Below, one piece after another: positions 27,389-39,380 of a stretch of DNA of 64,000 bases. Position 1 is the first letter of the stretch. Every line of letters begins with the position of its first letter. The DNA is from Minisyncoccota bacterium (GTDB lineage: Bacteria; Patescibacteriota; Minisyncoccia; Phycocordibacterales; Zambryskibacteraceae), in the NCBI GenBank assembly GCA_036517475.1, contig DATDVZ010000006.1, positions 8,226-72,225 of the forward strand. The letters run 5' to 3'. Under the pieces are notes generated by a model, which saw only the letters and a program-made list of their open reading frames with translations, had not been told where the DNA came from and searched no databases. Made by a program: the position numbers and the translations under genes.

Positions 27389-28303
27389 CTACGAGGCAAG
27401 CGGGCTTGAATTATCATCTTGACCTCCAATTAATGCACGTATTCTTTCATTTACTGGTGGGTGGGTAGAAAATAAACCTCTAGTTTTGTTGGCACCAAAA
27501 GGATTGGAGATAAAAAGATGGGCCGTTGCATGATTGGCGGTTTTCATTTTTATTCCGACTTTTGAAATTTTACGCAAGGCGTTAGCAAGCCCTTCAGGGT
27601 AACGAGTAAGGAGTGCGCCGCTTGCATCGGCAAGAAATTCTCTTTTACGCGAGATCGCAAGCTGAATCAAAGTTGCAATAAAAGGAGAAAGAATGGCAAG
27701 AATAATTCCCGCCACAAAAAGAATTGCCTGAATTTGGTTTCCTTTACTGCTTCTGCCACCACCAAAACTAGCTGTCCTCAAAAAAAAGTCTGAAACTAGT
27801 GTTATAAATCCGACAAGAACAACAACTACAGTGGAAAGTAAGATATCGCGATTACCAATATGGGAGAGTTCATGAGCAACCACACCTTCAAGTTCCTGCT
27901 TATTTAATATTTCAAGAATCCCCGTTGTCACAGCAACAACAGCGTGTTCCTTGTTTCTTCCTGTTGCAAAAGCGTTGGGCGCAGGGTCATCTATTACATA
28001 AATTTTTGGCATCGGCAGTCCTGCAGTAATTGAAAGATTCTCAACTGCATTCCATAGATCAAAATATTCCTCTCTTGTCGCCTCTTTTGCCTTATGAAGT
28101 TTGAGGACAATTTTGTCGGAGTACCAGTAACTTATTACATTTAAAAGAACTGAAAAAATAACAAAGAAAAAAAGAATTGATAGATTACCATAAACACGGC
28201 TAAAAACCCAGCCGATTAAAATAAGTAGAATAAAAAAGAATGACATGAATATCCAAGTCTTGCGGATGTTTTTGTCCTGATTTGTGTAAATATTTACTGA
28301 CAT
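27389..28303 (-). CDS. htpX: Zinc metalloprotease HtpX (M48)
   Basis: PNAFATG, HELSH, SRKREFLAD, STHPP. Confidence 0.93.
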   Translation of the reverse strand: MSVNIYTNQDKNIRKTWIFMSFFFILLILIGWVFSRVYGNLSILFFFVIFSVLLNVISYWYSDKIVLKLHKAKEATREEYFDLWNAVENLSITAGLPMPKIYVIDDPAPNAFATGRNKEHAVVAVTTGILEILNKQELEGVVAHELSHIGNRDILLSTVVVVLVGFITLVSDFFLRTASFGGGRSSKGNQIQAILFVAGIILAILSPFIATLIQLAISRKREFLADASGALLTRYPEGLANALRKISKVGIKMKTANHATAHLFISNPFGANKTRGLFSTHPPVNERIRALIGGQDDNSSPLAS

Positions 28304-28313
28304 ATCAAATTAA

Positions 28314-29201
28314 TCAAGCCATTATTGCGGACCTGTCCCCTATCTGTTGCCATCTTACTTTTTCGAGCTTGGGTTTAAGTAAATTAACAACCTTTTCTAT
28401 GCTATTAAATTCCTTCTCTAAAATATCTAAACCTCTAAATATATCGTTAACACTCCACAAGCCTTCCAAAAAGAAAATGATTTCATTACCTACTATCTCT
28501 ATATCGCTTACTATCGACAATCTTAAAATTTCTTCCAGGACATCCGGTGTAAAAACCTGTAGTGCCTCAATATGATAACCACGGGGTATGCTTAATGTAA
28601 ACTTTTTTTCAAATTCTGTAGGCAAAGACAGTTTTTCGCCAATATTAAGCTCATATTTATTATTTTTATAATTAAGATATAAATGGGGAAAATTGCTTGC
28701 AAAGCTTATTGAGTAGATTAAATAATTATATGTTCTTTTGTTCTTTCCATAATTTTTTTCAAAACTGTAAAAGAAAAGTCTGATTGTTTCCCCACTGTTT
28801 TTTGTAAACGTAATTTTGTTTTTTGCAGTCCTACTATGTCCCTGCTTAAACATAGCAGCATTTTCATTTTCAAAATTAAAAAATATTTTTGGGTCATAAG
28901 TGCCGTGGTTTTCATTTGCTATAATTTTCATCAAATTTTCGCCACCCTCTCTCCAAGGGCGATTATATCCGAAAAAATATATAACCACAGGAAAAATAAA
29001 AAACAATGAAAAGGCTGTGAACGGCGTTTGTTCTGCTAGGTCTTTAAGGAAATCTATATTTGCTAAAAAAGCTAATAAAATCAAAATTGCTACTAAAAAA
29101 TACCAGACTTTCAGATACGGTAAATACTTTCTTTTAAATTTTTCTTTTCTCCTGATATTCTCTTCACGAATTTCGCTAATTTTTGCACTATTGAAATTCA
29201 T
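28314..29201 (-). CDS. Hypothetical membrane protein between lemA and htpX
   Basis: Two N-terminal TMs; FEKKF...ALQVFTPDV motif. Confidence 0.7.
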   Translation of the reverse strand: MNFNSAKISEIREENIRRKEKFKRKYLPYLKVWYFLVAILILLAFLANIDFLKDLAEQTPFTAFSLFFIFPVVIYFFGYNRPWREGGENLMKIIANENHGTYDPKIFFNFENENAAMFKQGHSRTAKNKITFTKNSGETIRLFFYSFEKNYGKNKRTYNYLIYSISFASNFPHLYLNYKNNKYELNIGEKLSLPTEFEKKFTLSIPRGYHIEALQVFTPDVLEEILRLSIVSDIEIVGNEIIFFLEGLWSVNDIFRGLDILEKEFNSIEKVVNLLKPKLEKVRWQQIGDRSAIMA

Positions 29202-29215
29202 TATTTAATTTATAG

Positions 29216-29767
29216 CTAAAATTTTACAGCAACTGGTTCGCGGGCTGCGGCTTCAGTTTCTGAAAGCTCGAAAAATTCCTTTTTTCCGAAACGGAAAAGA
29301 TTGGCAATCAAATTTGACGGAAAACTTTCAACTTTAGTATTGAGGTCGCGGACATTGGTATTGTAAAAGCGGCGCGCTGCCTGAATTTTATTTTCCGTAT
29401 CAGATAATTCATTCTGAAGCTGAAGAAAATTCTGATTGGCTTTTAATTCCGGATAAGCTTCGGCAATCGCAAATATAGATTTCAGCGCCCCTGTCAGCAT
29501 ATTTTCCGCAGCGCCCTTTTCCGCAGGTCCCTGAGCGCCCATAGCGGCAGAGCGCGCACGGGTTACATTTTCAAATGCAGTCTTTTCGTGTGTGGCATAA
29601 CCTTTTACTGATTCAACTAAATTAGGGATAAGATCATATCTGCGTTTGAGCTGTACATCAATATCAGCCCACGCCTCTTTTGCCCTGTTGATCAAAGAGA
29701 CGAAACGGTTATAAGCAAATATAGCCCAAAGTACAATTACAGCAAGAATTATTAAAATAATTATCAT
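29216..29767 (-). CDS. lemA: LemA family protein
   Basis: IDVQLKRRYDLIPNLV, EAYPELKAN, TENKI.AARRFYN, FPSN. Confidence 0.95.
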   Translation of the reverse strand: MIIILIILAVIVLWAIFAYNRFVSLINRAKEAWADIDVQLKRRYDLIPNLVESVKGYATHEKTAFENVTRARSAAMGAQGPAEKGAAENMLTGALKSIFAIAEAYPELKANQNFLQLQNELSDTENKIQAARRFYNTNVRDLNTKVESFPSNLIANLFRFGKKEFFELSETEAAAREPVAVKF

Positions 29768-29871
29768 TTGTTTTATTAATAATAAATAATATTAATTATA
29801 CCATTTCTTCCCGGACTTTTTTTCATTTTCAGTTTATGATTAGATTAGAAAAGATCGATCCGGGGGGCGCA

Positions 29872-30033
29872 ATGGCAGATAAAATTGAAAGAATCTTTTT
29901 ACTCAAAGGAATATTCCTTCTTTTGTTTGCAATCTTTCTTTTGCTTATGCTTTTTAGCCTTACTAGAAAGCCGGATAATGAGTCCAGTCCAAAGGGTAGT
30001 GTCTCATTTACCCATTTAACCACACCCCGTTAG
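29872..30033 (+). CDS. Possible small single-TM protein
   Basis: MADKIERIFLLKGIFLLLFAIFLLLML; start uncertain. Confidence 0.35.
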   Translation: MADKIERIFLLKGIFLLLFAIFLLLMLFSLTRKPDNESSPKGSVSFTHLTTPR

Positions 30034-30041
30034 GGGTGTTT

Positions 30042-31709
<1,668 letters not shown>

Positions 31710-31736
31710 TTAAAAGGAAAAAAGGTAAAAAATAAA

Positions 31737-32048
31737 TTATTTTAATAAAGCGATTATTTCGCTTTCTCGTACAATTACATATTCTTCACCCTTGTAACTT
31801 ACATTATCTCCCCATTGATATAAAACTTTGTCCCCGACTTTTAATTTGACTGGTATAAGTTTGCCACCCTCAAAACGTCCCTCACCTACCGCTATTACCT
31901 CTCCTTGTTTTGTGCTTTTGTCTTCCTTTACGTTTTCTGGAATATAAATTCCTGAAGTACTTTTTTCTTTTTCTTTAATCTCCTTAAGAATCACTTTATC
32001 ACCCAAAGGTTTAAGACCGATAGATTTCTTTTTATTTTCCTTAGCCAT
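31737..32048 (-). CDS. groS: Co-chaperonin GroES
   Basis: KPLGDKV, SGIYIP, AVGEG, KVGDKV. Confidence 0.96.
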   Translation of the reverse strand: MAKENKKKSIGLKPLGDKVILKEIKEKEKSTSGIYIPENVKEDKSTKQGEVIAVGEGRFEGGKLIPVKLKVGDKVLYQWGDNVSYKGEEYVIVRESEIIALLK

Positions 32049-32077
32049 ATTTATAAAAGTTATTTTATGAGGGTTAT

Positions 32078-32105
32078 ATTATAGAGAGAGCCCACTTGCT
32101 GTCAA
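32078..32105 (-). promoter_or_regulatory. Sigma70 promoter of groESL
   Basis: TTGACA-16 bp-TATAAT. Confidence 0.75.
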
Positions 32106-32173
32106 ATTTTAATTTTTACAAAACAAAAAGGGCCCACAACTTCGTGAGCCCTTGTTACTACCACCTTCGTCGA

Positions 32174-32797
32174 TCAGAGATCGGCGAAAGCGTCCTCCAC
32201 CGCCTGGCCGGCGCGCGAGTGCTTCTTCGCACGCTTGGCGTCCTTCACCTCCTCGTCCGCCGCTCCTTGGAGACGGGCGATTTCCTCGCCCATCTGCCGG
32301 TAGAGCTCGACGAGGGTCCCTTCGGAGGCACGAACCTTGTCGGCCTCGCGGGGTCCTTCGCGAGACTCCAGCGCTTCGCGAAGCTCATCGAGCTTCGCTA
32401 CCGCCGCGTCTGCGTAGTCCGCCCACGCCTCGGGGGCATGACGCTGGATGTAATCCAGCCGCCCAGCGAAGAACTTGGGTGACCCCCCGATGAAGGCCAG
32501 GAGCACCTTGCGCATATCATCGCGCAAGACCTTTCCGGCACCGATAACCTTGCGGAAATCGGATTCGGGAGGATTCATCCCGGCTTCGTCCCGCCCCTTG
32601 AGGTCTTTGGCCCCATCGCGGAAGTCATGGAACCGCCCCACAAGGTCGTCCGAGAGGTGAAAACCCGCGAGCCCGAACTCATTCCGAGTCCCCTCGCCGA
32701 GCTTGTAGAACCACACCACCTCCTTGGCGATCGCCGCGAGGCCGAGGAGATTGGGTGCGAACTCCAACCTCTTCTCCTGCTTTTGACTCTGGGCCAT
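32174..32797 (-). CDS. High-GC orphan helical protein, 207 aa
   Basis: GC3-rich codons, SD-like GGGGAGG/AAGGGG, TTGACA-16-TATAAT promoter at 32884-32911, AAGGGC/GCCCTT terminator near 32127-32153. Confidence 0.75.
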   Translation of the reverse strand: MAQSQKQEKRLEFAPNLLGLAAIAKEVVWFYKLGEGTRNEFGLAGFHLSDDLVGRFHDFRDGAKDLKGRDEAGMNPPESDFRKVIGAGKVLRDDMRKVLLAFIGGSPKFFAGRLDYIQRHAPEAWADYADAAVAKLDELREALESREGPREADKVRASEGTLVELYRQMGEEIARLQGAADEEVKDAKRAKKHSRAGQAVEDAFADL

Positions 32798-33024
32798 GGG
32801 CCCCTTGCCTTTCCTCCCCGTGGGGAAATATTGCGTTATGCTTCGAAAACTTCAGAAAGCTACTATAGAACTGTTACAGTAGCATTATAGCATACTCAAT
32901 TTATATGTCAAGCAGAAGAACATAAAATATAGAACATGAAACATAGAACATCAAATAAATGGCTTAAAATAGCCATAATTTGCGGAATGGTTGCAATATA
33001 TTTTTATTAAAATATAATGTTGCC

Positions 33025-33255
33025 ATGAGTATATCTGCAGTTCTGCCCTATTTTCAGATACTCCTTTCAGTTCTCCTAATTGGAGGCATTCTTTTACAGA
33101 GATCTGAAGCATCACTTGGCTCGGCATTCGGAGGAAGTGACCTTGGAGGAGCTAATTTTGAAAGAAGAGGAGCTGAAAAATTTATCTTCAGGCTTACGAT
33201 AATAGTAGGAATACTTTTTGCTATATCTGCGCTGGCAGGTTTATTTTTGCAGTAG
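33025..33255 (+). CDS. secG: Preprotein translocase subunit SecG
   Basis: ILLQ....LGSAFGG...RRGAEK; two TMs. Confidence 0.9.
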   Translation: MSISAVLPYFQILLSVLLIGGILLQRSEASLGSAFGGSDLGGANFERRGAEKFIFRLTIIVGILFAISALAGLFLQ

Positions 33256-33357
33256 AATTAATAAGCAACTAAGAACTTACCCTCAAAAAATTTTTAGAGA
33301 AAGTTGGGGGGCAAGCAATTCTCAACCTATAACAGATCTCTTGATTAAAGACTATGA

Positions 33358-33480
33358 ATCCCGTTAGAAGCCGCGGTCGCAGTTTATAAAATTTACTAAA
33401 TTTTTAAAATGAGTACATCGATAGATTATCAAAATAACTTTATTCAGGAAGCGTTGACCGCGACCTGCTTCTAACGGGAT
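33358..33480 (+). repeat. Start-codon-abutting inverted-repeat element, copy 2
   Basis: ATGAAT-CCCGTTAGAAGCCGCGGTC...GACCGCGACCTGCTTCTAACGGG-ATGAAT. Confidence 0.9.
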
Positions 33481-35200
33481 GAATTTGTTTTCTCAATTTA
33501 AATTTCCAAAAGAAGAATCATTTCAGAGAGCTTTTTCTTCGTTCTCACTAACTGAAAAAGTTGTTTTTTGGATTCTTGTATTTCTTTTTTCTGTTTCAAC
33601 ATTTCTACTTTTATATAAAGTCAGTGCATCTTTTTCTTTTGAAGTTCCCACTGAGGGAGGAAAAATCAAAGAGGGAGTTGTTGGAAGTGCTCGATTTATT
33701 AACCCACTTCTTTCAATAAGTGAGGCTGATAAAGATCTGACTTCATTAATTTATTCTGGACTACTTAAAGCAACACCCGAAGGAAACTTAGTCCCTGACT
33801 TGGTGGAAAATTATAGTATTTCAGAAGATGGGCTCGTTTACGATTTCAAACTCAAAGAAAACCTAAAATTTCACGACGGATCAAAAGTTACAACAGATGA
33901 TATTGAATTTACAATTACTAAAGCTCAGGATCCAACTCTCAAAAGTCCAAGAAGAGCTAGTTGGGATGGGGTGAGTATTGAAAAAATAAATGAAAGAGAA
34001 ATCAGATTAGTACTAAAGCAACCTTATGGACCGTTCCTCTCAAATGCAACACTTGGAATCCTGCCAAAAAAACTTTGGAAAAATGTCAGCGCCGATGAAT
34101 TCGCTTTCAGTGATCTCAATATTAATCCGGTTGGTTCCGGCCCCTATAAAGTTGGAAGTGTCAAAAAAAATTCTTCTGGATTACCTAGTGAATATAGTCT
34201 GAAATCTTTCAGAAATTATGCAGTTAGGAAGCCCTACATTCCTACTGTCAACATAAAATTTTATTCAAATGAGAATGATTTAATTGATGCGTTAAGAAGT
34301 GGTGAGATAAATAGTGCAAATATTTCCTCACAGGCAGCCAAAGATCTCAAAAAGAATTTCAGAGTTGAAAGAACGCTACAACCTCGTATATTTGCAGTTT
34401 TTTTCAATCAGAATCAAGCAAATATTTTTGCTGAAAAGGCCCTGCGTCAAGCGCTCGATATTTCAGCGGATAAAAGTTCAATTGTTAACGAGGTGCTTAA
34501 AGGTTACGGCCAAGAAATTTCATCACCTATTCCAAATACATCAATAAAAAATGGTTTTGTGGGAGATAGGACTGAAAAAGCAAAAGAAATTCTAACAAAG
34601 GCGGGTTGGAAACTTTCTTCAACAACGGGGATCATGGAAAAAAAGACAAAATCGGCAACATTGAAACTTTCTTTTACCATCTCAACTAGCGAAGCGCCGG
34701 AACTTAAGGCCACAGCAGAAAAACTCATTTCAGACTGGCAAAAAATTGGAGCTGAAGTTACACTGGCCATTTATGAAACGGGGGATCTCAACCAAAATAT
34801 CATAAGACCAAGAAAATATGATGCACTATTTTTTGGCGAGATAATCGGACGCGATAGGGATATTTACCCATTCTGGCACTCCTCCCAACGTAATGACCCG
34901 GGATTAAACGTAGCAATGTATGTAAATAACAGGGCTGATAAACTTCTGGAGGAAGCAAGAGCGGCATCGAATATAGAGATACGTGATGCAAAGTATGAAA
35001 TGTTTCTCAAAGAGATAGAAGCTGACGTTCCCGCCGTCTTTGTTTACTCACCACAGTTCCTCTATGTTGTTCCGGAAAAAATCAAGGGAATAAAACTTGG
35101 CACTGTTACAACAGCGTCCGAAAGATTTACAGATATTGAAAATTGGTATATGCAAACAACAAGGGTATGGAAAATATTTAGTACGAATGTTACGAATTAG
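33479..35200 (+). CDS. Peptide/nickel ABC transporter substrate-binding protein (family 5)
   Basis: YSGL, FHDG..VTTDD..FT, PVGSGPY, WHSSQ. Confidence 0.9.
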   Translation: MNLFSQFKFPKEESFQRAFSSFSLTEKVVFWILVFLFSVSTFLLLYKVSASFSFEVPTEGGKIKEGVVGSARFINPLLSISEADKDLTSLIYSGLLKATPEGNLVPDLVENYSISEDGLVYDFKLKENLKFHDGSKVTTDDIEFTITKAQDPTLKSPRRASWDGVSIEKINEREIRLVLKQPYGPFLSNATLGILPKKLWKNVSADEFAFSDLNINPVGSGPYKVGSVKKNSSGLPSEYSLKSFRNYAVRKPYIPTVNIKFYSNENDLIDALRSGEINSANISSQAAKDLKKNFRVERTLQPRIFAVFFNQNQANIFAEKALRQALDISADKSSIVNEVLKGYGQEISSPIPNTSIKNGFVGDRTEKAKEILTKAGWKLSSTTGIMEKKTKSATLKLSFTISTSEAPELKATAEKLISDWQKIGAEVTLAIYETGDLNQNIIRPRKYDALFFGEIIGRDRDIYPFWHSSQRNDPGLNVAMYVNNRADKLLEEARAASNIEIRDAKYEMFLKEIEADVPAVFVYSPQFLYVVPEKIKGIKLGTVTTASERFTDIENWYMQTTRVWKIFSTNVTN

Positions 35201-35246
35201 ATCGAATGATACGAATTATAGCTAATAATAATTATTATTAATAAAA

Positions 35247-37088
35247 ATGGAACCAAATATAAATCCAAATAGATCATCATCTTACAGCAGAAGAGGAAGT
35301 TTCTCTTCATCAAGAGGAATGTCTCCAAGAAGATTCGGCAGACGCCCAAGCCCGTCAATGAGGCATAGACAAACAAATTCGGTCACTGATAAAGAGACGG
35401 TAGTCATACCGCCGGCAGGAAATAATATAAGAATTATTCCTCTTGGTGGGGTAGAGGAAATCGGACAGAATATGACCGCTGTTGAGTATAAAGACAATAT
35501 AATTGTTGTTGATTGCGGATTCCAGTTTAGAGAAGAAGAGACCCCAGGTATTGATTTTATTCTTCCGAATGCCAAATATCTCGAGGAAAGAAAAGAAAAA
35601 ATCAAAGCTGTATTTATTACTCACGGCCACCTTGACCACATCGGCGGAATTCCCTACATAATGCCAAATATCGGAAATCCTCCCATATATTCGCGCCAAT
35701 TCGGAGCAATAATGATTTTGAAGCGGCAGGAGGAATTTCCCCATTTGCCAAAACTTGATATGAAAATAATTGAAGGTAGTGAAACTATTACAATCTCGCC
35801 TGAATTCAAAGTGGAGACTTTCCCCATTTCTCACACAATTCCTGATTCAATGGGGCTTATTATAAAGACTCCGATCGGAGATATCGTATTTATTGAGGAC
35901 GTCAGGGTGGATAACATTGAAGGCATACCGACAGAGGAAGAAGTGGAACAATATAAAAGGTTCAAAAATATGAATGTTCTGCTTCTGACTATGGACTCAA
36001 CTTCAATTGAAAAACCCGGATTTTCTATCTCCGAATCTGTTGTCATAAAAAATATTGAAAAAATCATCCGTGCAGTCCCATCGCGCCTTATAATCTCCAC
36101 TTTCGCCTCCCAAGTGGAGCGCATTATTGCAATTCTAAACATCTGCCGGAAACTCAATAAAAAAGTTGTCGTGGACGGAAGATCCATGAAGACGAATGTT
36201 GAAATAATCAGACAGCTTAAAATGGTTGACTTGGAAGGAATCGTAATTCCTCTTGAGGAAGTTGAAAACTACCCGCCGGATAGGATTGTGATGGTAGTAA
36301 CTGGGGCACAAGGAGAAGAGTTTGCCGCACTTATGAGAATTGCAAACAAGACACATAAATACCTACGATTGCGTCCTACCGATACAATTTTACTTTCGTC
36401 TTCAATAATTCCTACCAACTACAATGCAATTGTAAAGTTAAAGGACAATCTTTACCGTTCTGAAGCAAAAATCATTACTTACCTTGATTCCGATGTTCAT
36501 GCTTCCGGACACGGTAACCGCGAGGAACTACGTTGGATTCACAATCAGATGGACTATAAATTTTTCATGCCGGTTCATGGTAACCACTATATGTTGCGCC
36601 AGCATGCCGAACTTGCCTACAGCAGAGGTGTAACAAAAGAAAATGTTGTGGTGCCGGACAACGGATCAGTTGTTGAGATTTCTGAAGATGGCAAAAGTAT
36701 TTCAATGCTCCCCGTTAAGGCGCCCAGTTACCCAGTTCTTGTAGACGGATTATCTATCGGAGGCGGACAAGAAATTGTCATGCGGGATCGAAAAATGCTT
36801 GCTGAAGAAGGCTTTGTTGTCATCATTGCAAGTGTAAATGTTAAAACCGGCAGACTAAAAAAATCTCCGGACATAATTTCTCGCGGATTTATCTATTTGA
36901 GAGAATCACAAGACCTTCTTTCAAATACGAGAATCCTTATAAAAAGAACAATTGAAAATACAACTGTCGGCATGAATCCGGTTGATTTTGACACTGTCAA
37001 AAGAGTTCTAAATGAAGCGGTGGAAAGATACCTTTATCAAAAGACTGCAAAGAGACCGATTATTATTCCAGTGGTATTGGGAGTGTAA
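35247..37088 (+). CDS. rnj: Ribonuclease J
   Basis: PLGGVEEIG.NM, THGHLDHIG, HTIPDS, HASGH, PVHG. Confidence 0.95.
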   Translation: MEPNINPNRSSSYSRRGSFSSSRGMSPRRFGRRPSPSMRHRQTNSVTDKETVVIPPAGNNIRIIPLGGVEEIGQNMTAVEYKDNIIVVDCGFQFREEETPGIDFILPNAKYLEERKEKIKAVFITHGHLDHIGGIPYIMPNIGNPPIYSRQFGAIMILKRQEEFPHLPKLDMKIIEGSETITISPEFKVETFPISHTIPDSMGLIIKTPIGDIVFIEDVRVDNIEGIPTEEEVEQYKRFKNMNVLLLTMDSTSIEKPGFSISESVVIKNIEKIIRAVPSRLIISTFASQVERIIAILNICRKLNKKVVVDGRSMKTNVEIIRQLKMVDLEGIVIPLEEVENYPPDRIVMVVTGAQGEEFAALMRIANKTHKYLRLRPTDTILLSSSIIPTNYNAIVKLKDNLYRSEAKIITYLDSDVHASGHGNREELRWIHNQMDYKFFMPVHGNHYMLRQHAELAYSRGVTKENVVVPDNGSVVEISEDGKSISMLPVKAPSYPVLVDGLSIGGGQEIVMRDRKMLAEEGFVVIIASVNVKTGRLKKSPDIISRGFIYLRESQDLLSNTRILIKRTIENTTVGMNPVDFDTVKRVLNEAVERYLYQKTAKRPIIIPVVLGV

Positions 37089-37143
37089 GAAAAAATTCAT
37101 ATTTCTTGTTTATTGTTTATCGTTTCTTGTTATTATTATTTAA

Positions 37144-38316
37144 ATGCATTTCTTCTTCAGCACTAAGCGAAATAAAGTCGTTCCTTATATTTACCTTGCT
37201 AATCTGCTTTTAGCTTTCCACTATTATTTAGTAATCTACATTAACTCCACGTTTCTTGAGGGATTCTTCAGTAAATCCGGCGTAGGAAATCTTTATATTT
37301 TAGGTGCAGCCATAAGCCTTTTGATGTTTTTGGAAGCTCCAAGATTCCTTCGCAGATTCGGTAATGCTCACTACTTGCTTGCCGCAATAGTTCTTGAATT
37401 CTTGGCTACTCTTGGCATGGCTTTTGCTGATAGCCCGACAACAGCGGGATTATTTTTTGTCCTGCATACCGGTTTAATTACAATGATTGCGTTCTCTCTG
37501 GATATTTTTCTTGAGGGGGCAATGCTGGGGGAAGAAGACACTGGAGAAACAAGAGCAATATTTCTAACTTTAGGAAATACCATTCTTGTTATTGCCCCCC
37601 TCATTGTCGGCCTTCTGGCATTTGAGGGCAACTTCACTCTAGTTTATATAACCTCGGCAATTTTTTGTATTCCTCTTCTTAGTGTTGTCTTCAAGGACCT
37701 CAGAGTGCCAGACCAAGGTGTTGACCATATTGGACTCAAAGATTCTATTGCGGAAGTTGGGGGGGATAAAAATTTACGCAATGTCAGCTGGGTTCAACTT
37801 TTTCTGCAGATCTTTTACGCTTGGATGGTTATCTACATGCCGATTTACCTCCATGAGTATGTGGGCTTCAGCTGGCAGCAGTTGGGAATGATGTTTGCCA
37901 TTATGCTTTTACCCTTTATTCTCTTTGAAATTCCTGTCGGATACTTAGCGGACAAAAAATGGGGGGAAAAGGAATTTATGTTTGCTGGATTTGCAATAAT
38001 TGCTCTAGCTATGTTTTTGGTGCCTTTTATTGCAACAAAAAGTTTTATTTTATGGACTGCTCTTCTTTTCTTATCCCGCACTGGTGCAAGCTTTATTGAA
38101 ATTACAGCTGAGTCATTCTTTTTCAAACACGTTAGAGCGCGCAATGTGAGCATTATCAGCCTTTTCAGGATGACAAGACCGATTGCTTATATTTTAGTTC
38201 CTTTAATTCTTGGAGTTTTCCTAAAATTAGTTAACTTTAGCGTATCTTTTTTCATTCTTGCCGTTATAATTTTATTCGGAATAAATTTTGTCAGAAGAAT
38301 TGTAGATACTAAATAA
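37144..38316 (+). CDS. MFS transporter
   Basis: About 12 hydrophobic segments; GYLADKKWG motif. Confidence 0.85.
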   Translation: MHFFFSTKRNKVVPYIYLANLLLAFHYYLVIYINSTFLEGFFSKSGVGNLYILGAAISLLMFLEAPRFLRRFGNAHYLLAAIVLEFLATLGMAFADSPTTAGLFFVLHTGLITMIAFSLDIFLEGAMLGEEDTGETRAIFLTLGNTILVIAPLIVGLLAFEGNFTLVYITSAIFCIPLLSVVFKDLRVPDQGVDHIGLKDSIAEVGGDKNLRNVSWVQLFLQIFYAWMVIYMPIYLHEYVGFSWQQLGMMFAIMLLPFILFEIPVGYLADKKWGEKEFMFAGFAIIALAMFLVPFIATKSFILWTALLFLSRTGASFIEITAESFFFKHVRARNVSIISLFRMTRPIAYILVPLILGVFLKLVNFSVSFFILAVIILFGINFVRRIVDTK

Positions 38317-38329
38317 AGGTATTAACCCC

Positions 38330-38755
38330 TATTTCGACGTCAGTTGGATAAAATGAATATCTAAGATTTTCATCTTACCTCCCGCTCGTCAAATAGAGAA
38401 TTCAACGTCAGAGGTTGTGAATATTTAACCTCAGATGTTTAATTTTATTAGCGACGTAGAGTGAAAAAGCGAAAACATGGAGCTTTTGCAAGGTCGGAGC
38501 ACAACGGTGCGAGACAGGATCGAAAGATTTTTCAGTAGAAAAATACTTTTGATAGTGAAATGAAAAAGTTTACTTTTTTACTTCCGAGCCGAGGTGAGGA
38601 AGTGAATACATGGAGCTTCCGCAAGACTTTGAGCTCCGATACTATCGGAGCGAAAAGTGTACAGTTCATGTAATGAAATAATATAGTCCGATACTGCGCG
38701 GTTTGCAGCGCGAAATAGATAAGCGAAGCGAGTTCCGTAATTACCTCGGGGTTTG
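38330..38755. repeat. Structured non-coding region with direct repeats and hairpins
   Basis: ACATGGAGCTT..GCAAG at 38475-38492 and 38608-38625; hairpin GCTCCGATA/TATCGGAGC at 38633-38651. Confidence 0.5.
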
Positions 38756-38778
38756 CCCCAAGGGACTATATTTGTTGA

Positions 38779-39315
38779 TTATTTAAATCTAATTGGTAAT
38801 CGCAGACTGTCATCGTTTTCTGGGAGGCCAGATGGATTGTCTTTGTGCAAAATAAGAGTGCCGGTTGACGTAGTAGGAATAGAAAAAGTTAAAGTGCCGG
38901 AAAATGGGACAAATTCTGTTGTCATCCATTCGCCTTGCGCCTGAATAGGGAGAATAACTAATCTTGTTCCATTGGCATCTATTATTTCAGCAGGAAATGA
39001 TGCTTCAAAGTACCAATTACCCCGAGCTCTGCCAGTAATCCCCAAGGGACTTGCCACAATATCATTTGGCCGAGGAATATCAAGTTGGATCAAATTGCTT
39101 TTTTCAATAGCATTTCCAATATCTTCAGTAAAGGTCTTACCATCCTTTGTCCGGCATTGCCTTGGGTATGATTCCATAACAAGATTCCCAGCCAAAACAC
39201 ATTCTTCAAAATTTGAAACATCTTCAATTTTTTTTGAAGAACCAAAACCAATTATAAGAACAATAATAATAAAGCCAAGAACCAAAATTACATTTTTTAA
39301 TTGTTTATTTTCCAT
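38779..39315 (-). CDS. Gmad2 Ig-like domain membrane protein
   Basis: NFEEC..AG..VMESYPRQC; G.ARG.WYFEASFP; WMT..FVPF; KDNPSGLP. Confidence 0.85.
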   Translation of the reverse strand: MENKQLKNVILVLGFIIIVLIIGFGSSKKIEDVSNFEECVLAGNLVMESYPRQCRTKDGKTFTEDIGNAIEKSNLIQLDIPRPNDIVASPLGITGRARGNWYFEASFPAEIIDANGTRLVILPIQAQGEWMTTEFVPFSGTLTFSIPTTSTGTLILHKDNPSGLPENDDSLRLPIRFK

Positions 39316-39330
39316 AGTTGTTTGTAGTCA

Positions 39331-39378
39331 GTTGTTAGTTGTCAGTTGTTAGTTGTTAGTTGTTAGTTGTTAGTTATT
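39331..39378. repeat. Heptamer tandem repeat (GTTGTTA)n
   Basis: About 7 units, some imperfect. Confidence 0.85.
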
Positions 39379-39380
39379 GC

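Noticed and set aside
32049-32110. CIRCE operator upstream of groES
   Set aside because: No TTAGCACTC-N9-GAGTGCTAA present
32096-32890. Plus-strand ORFs over the high-GC gene, and other antisense ORFs such as 13595-14422, 31186-31713 and 47997-48536
   Set aside because: Shadow ORFs of well-supported genes on the opposite strand
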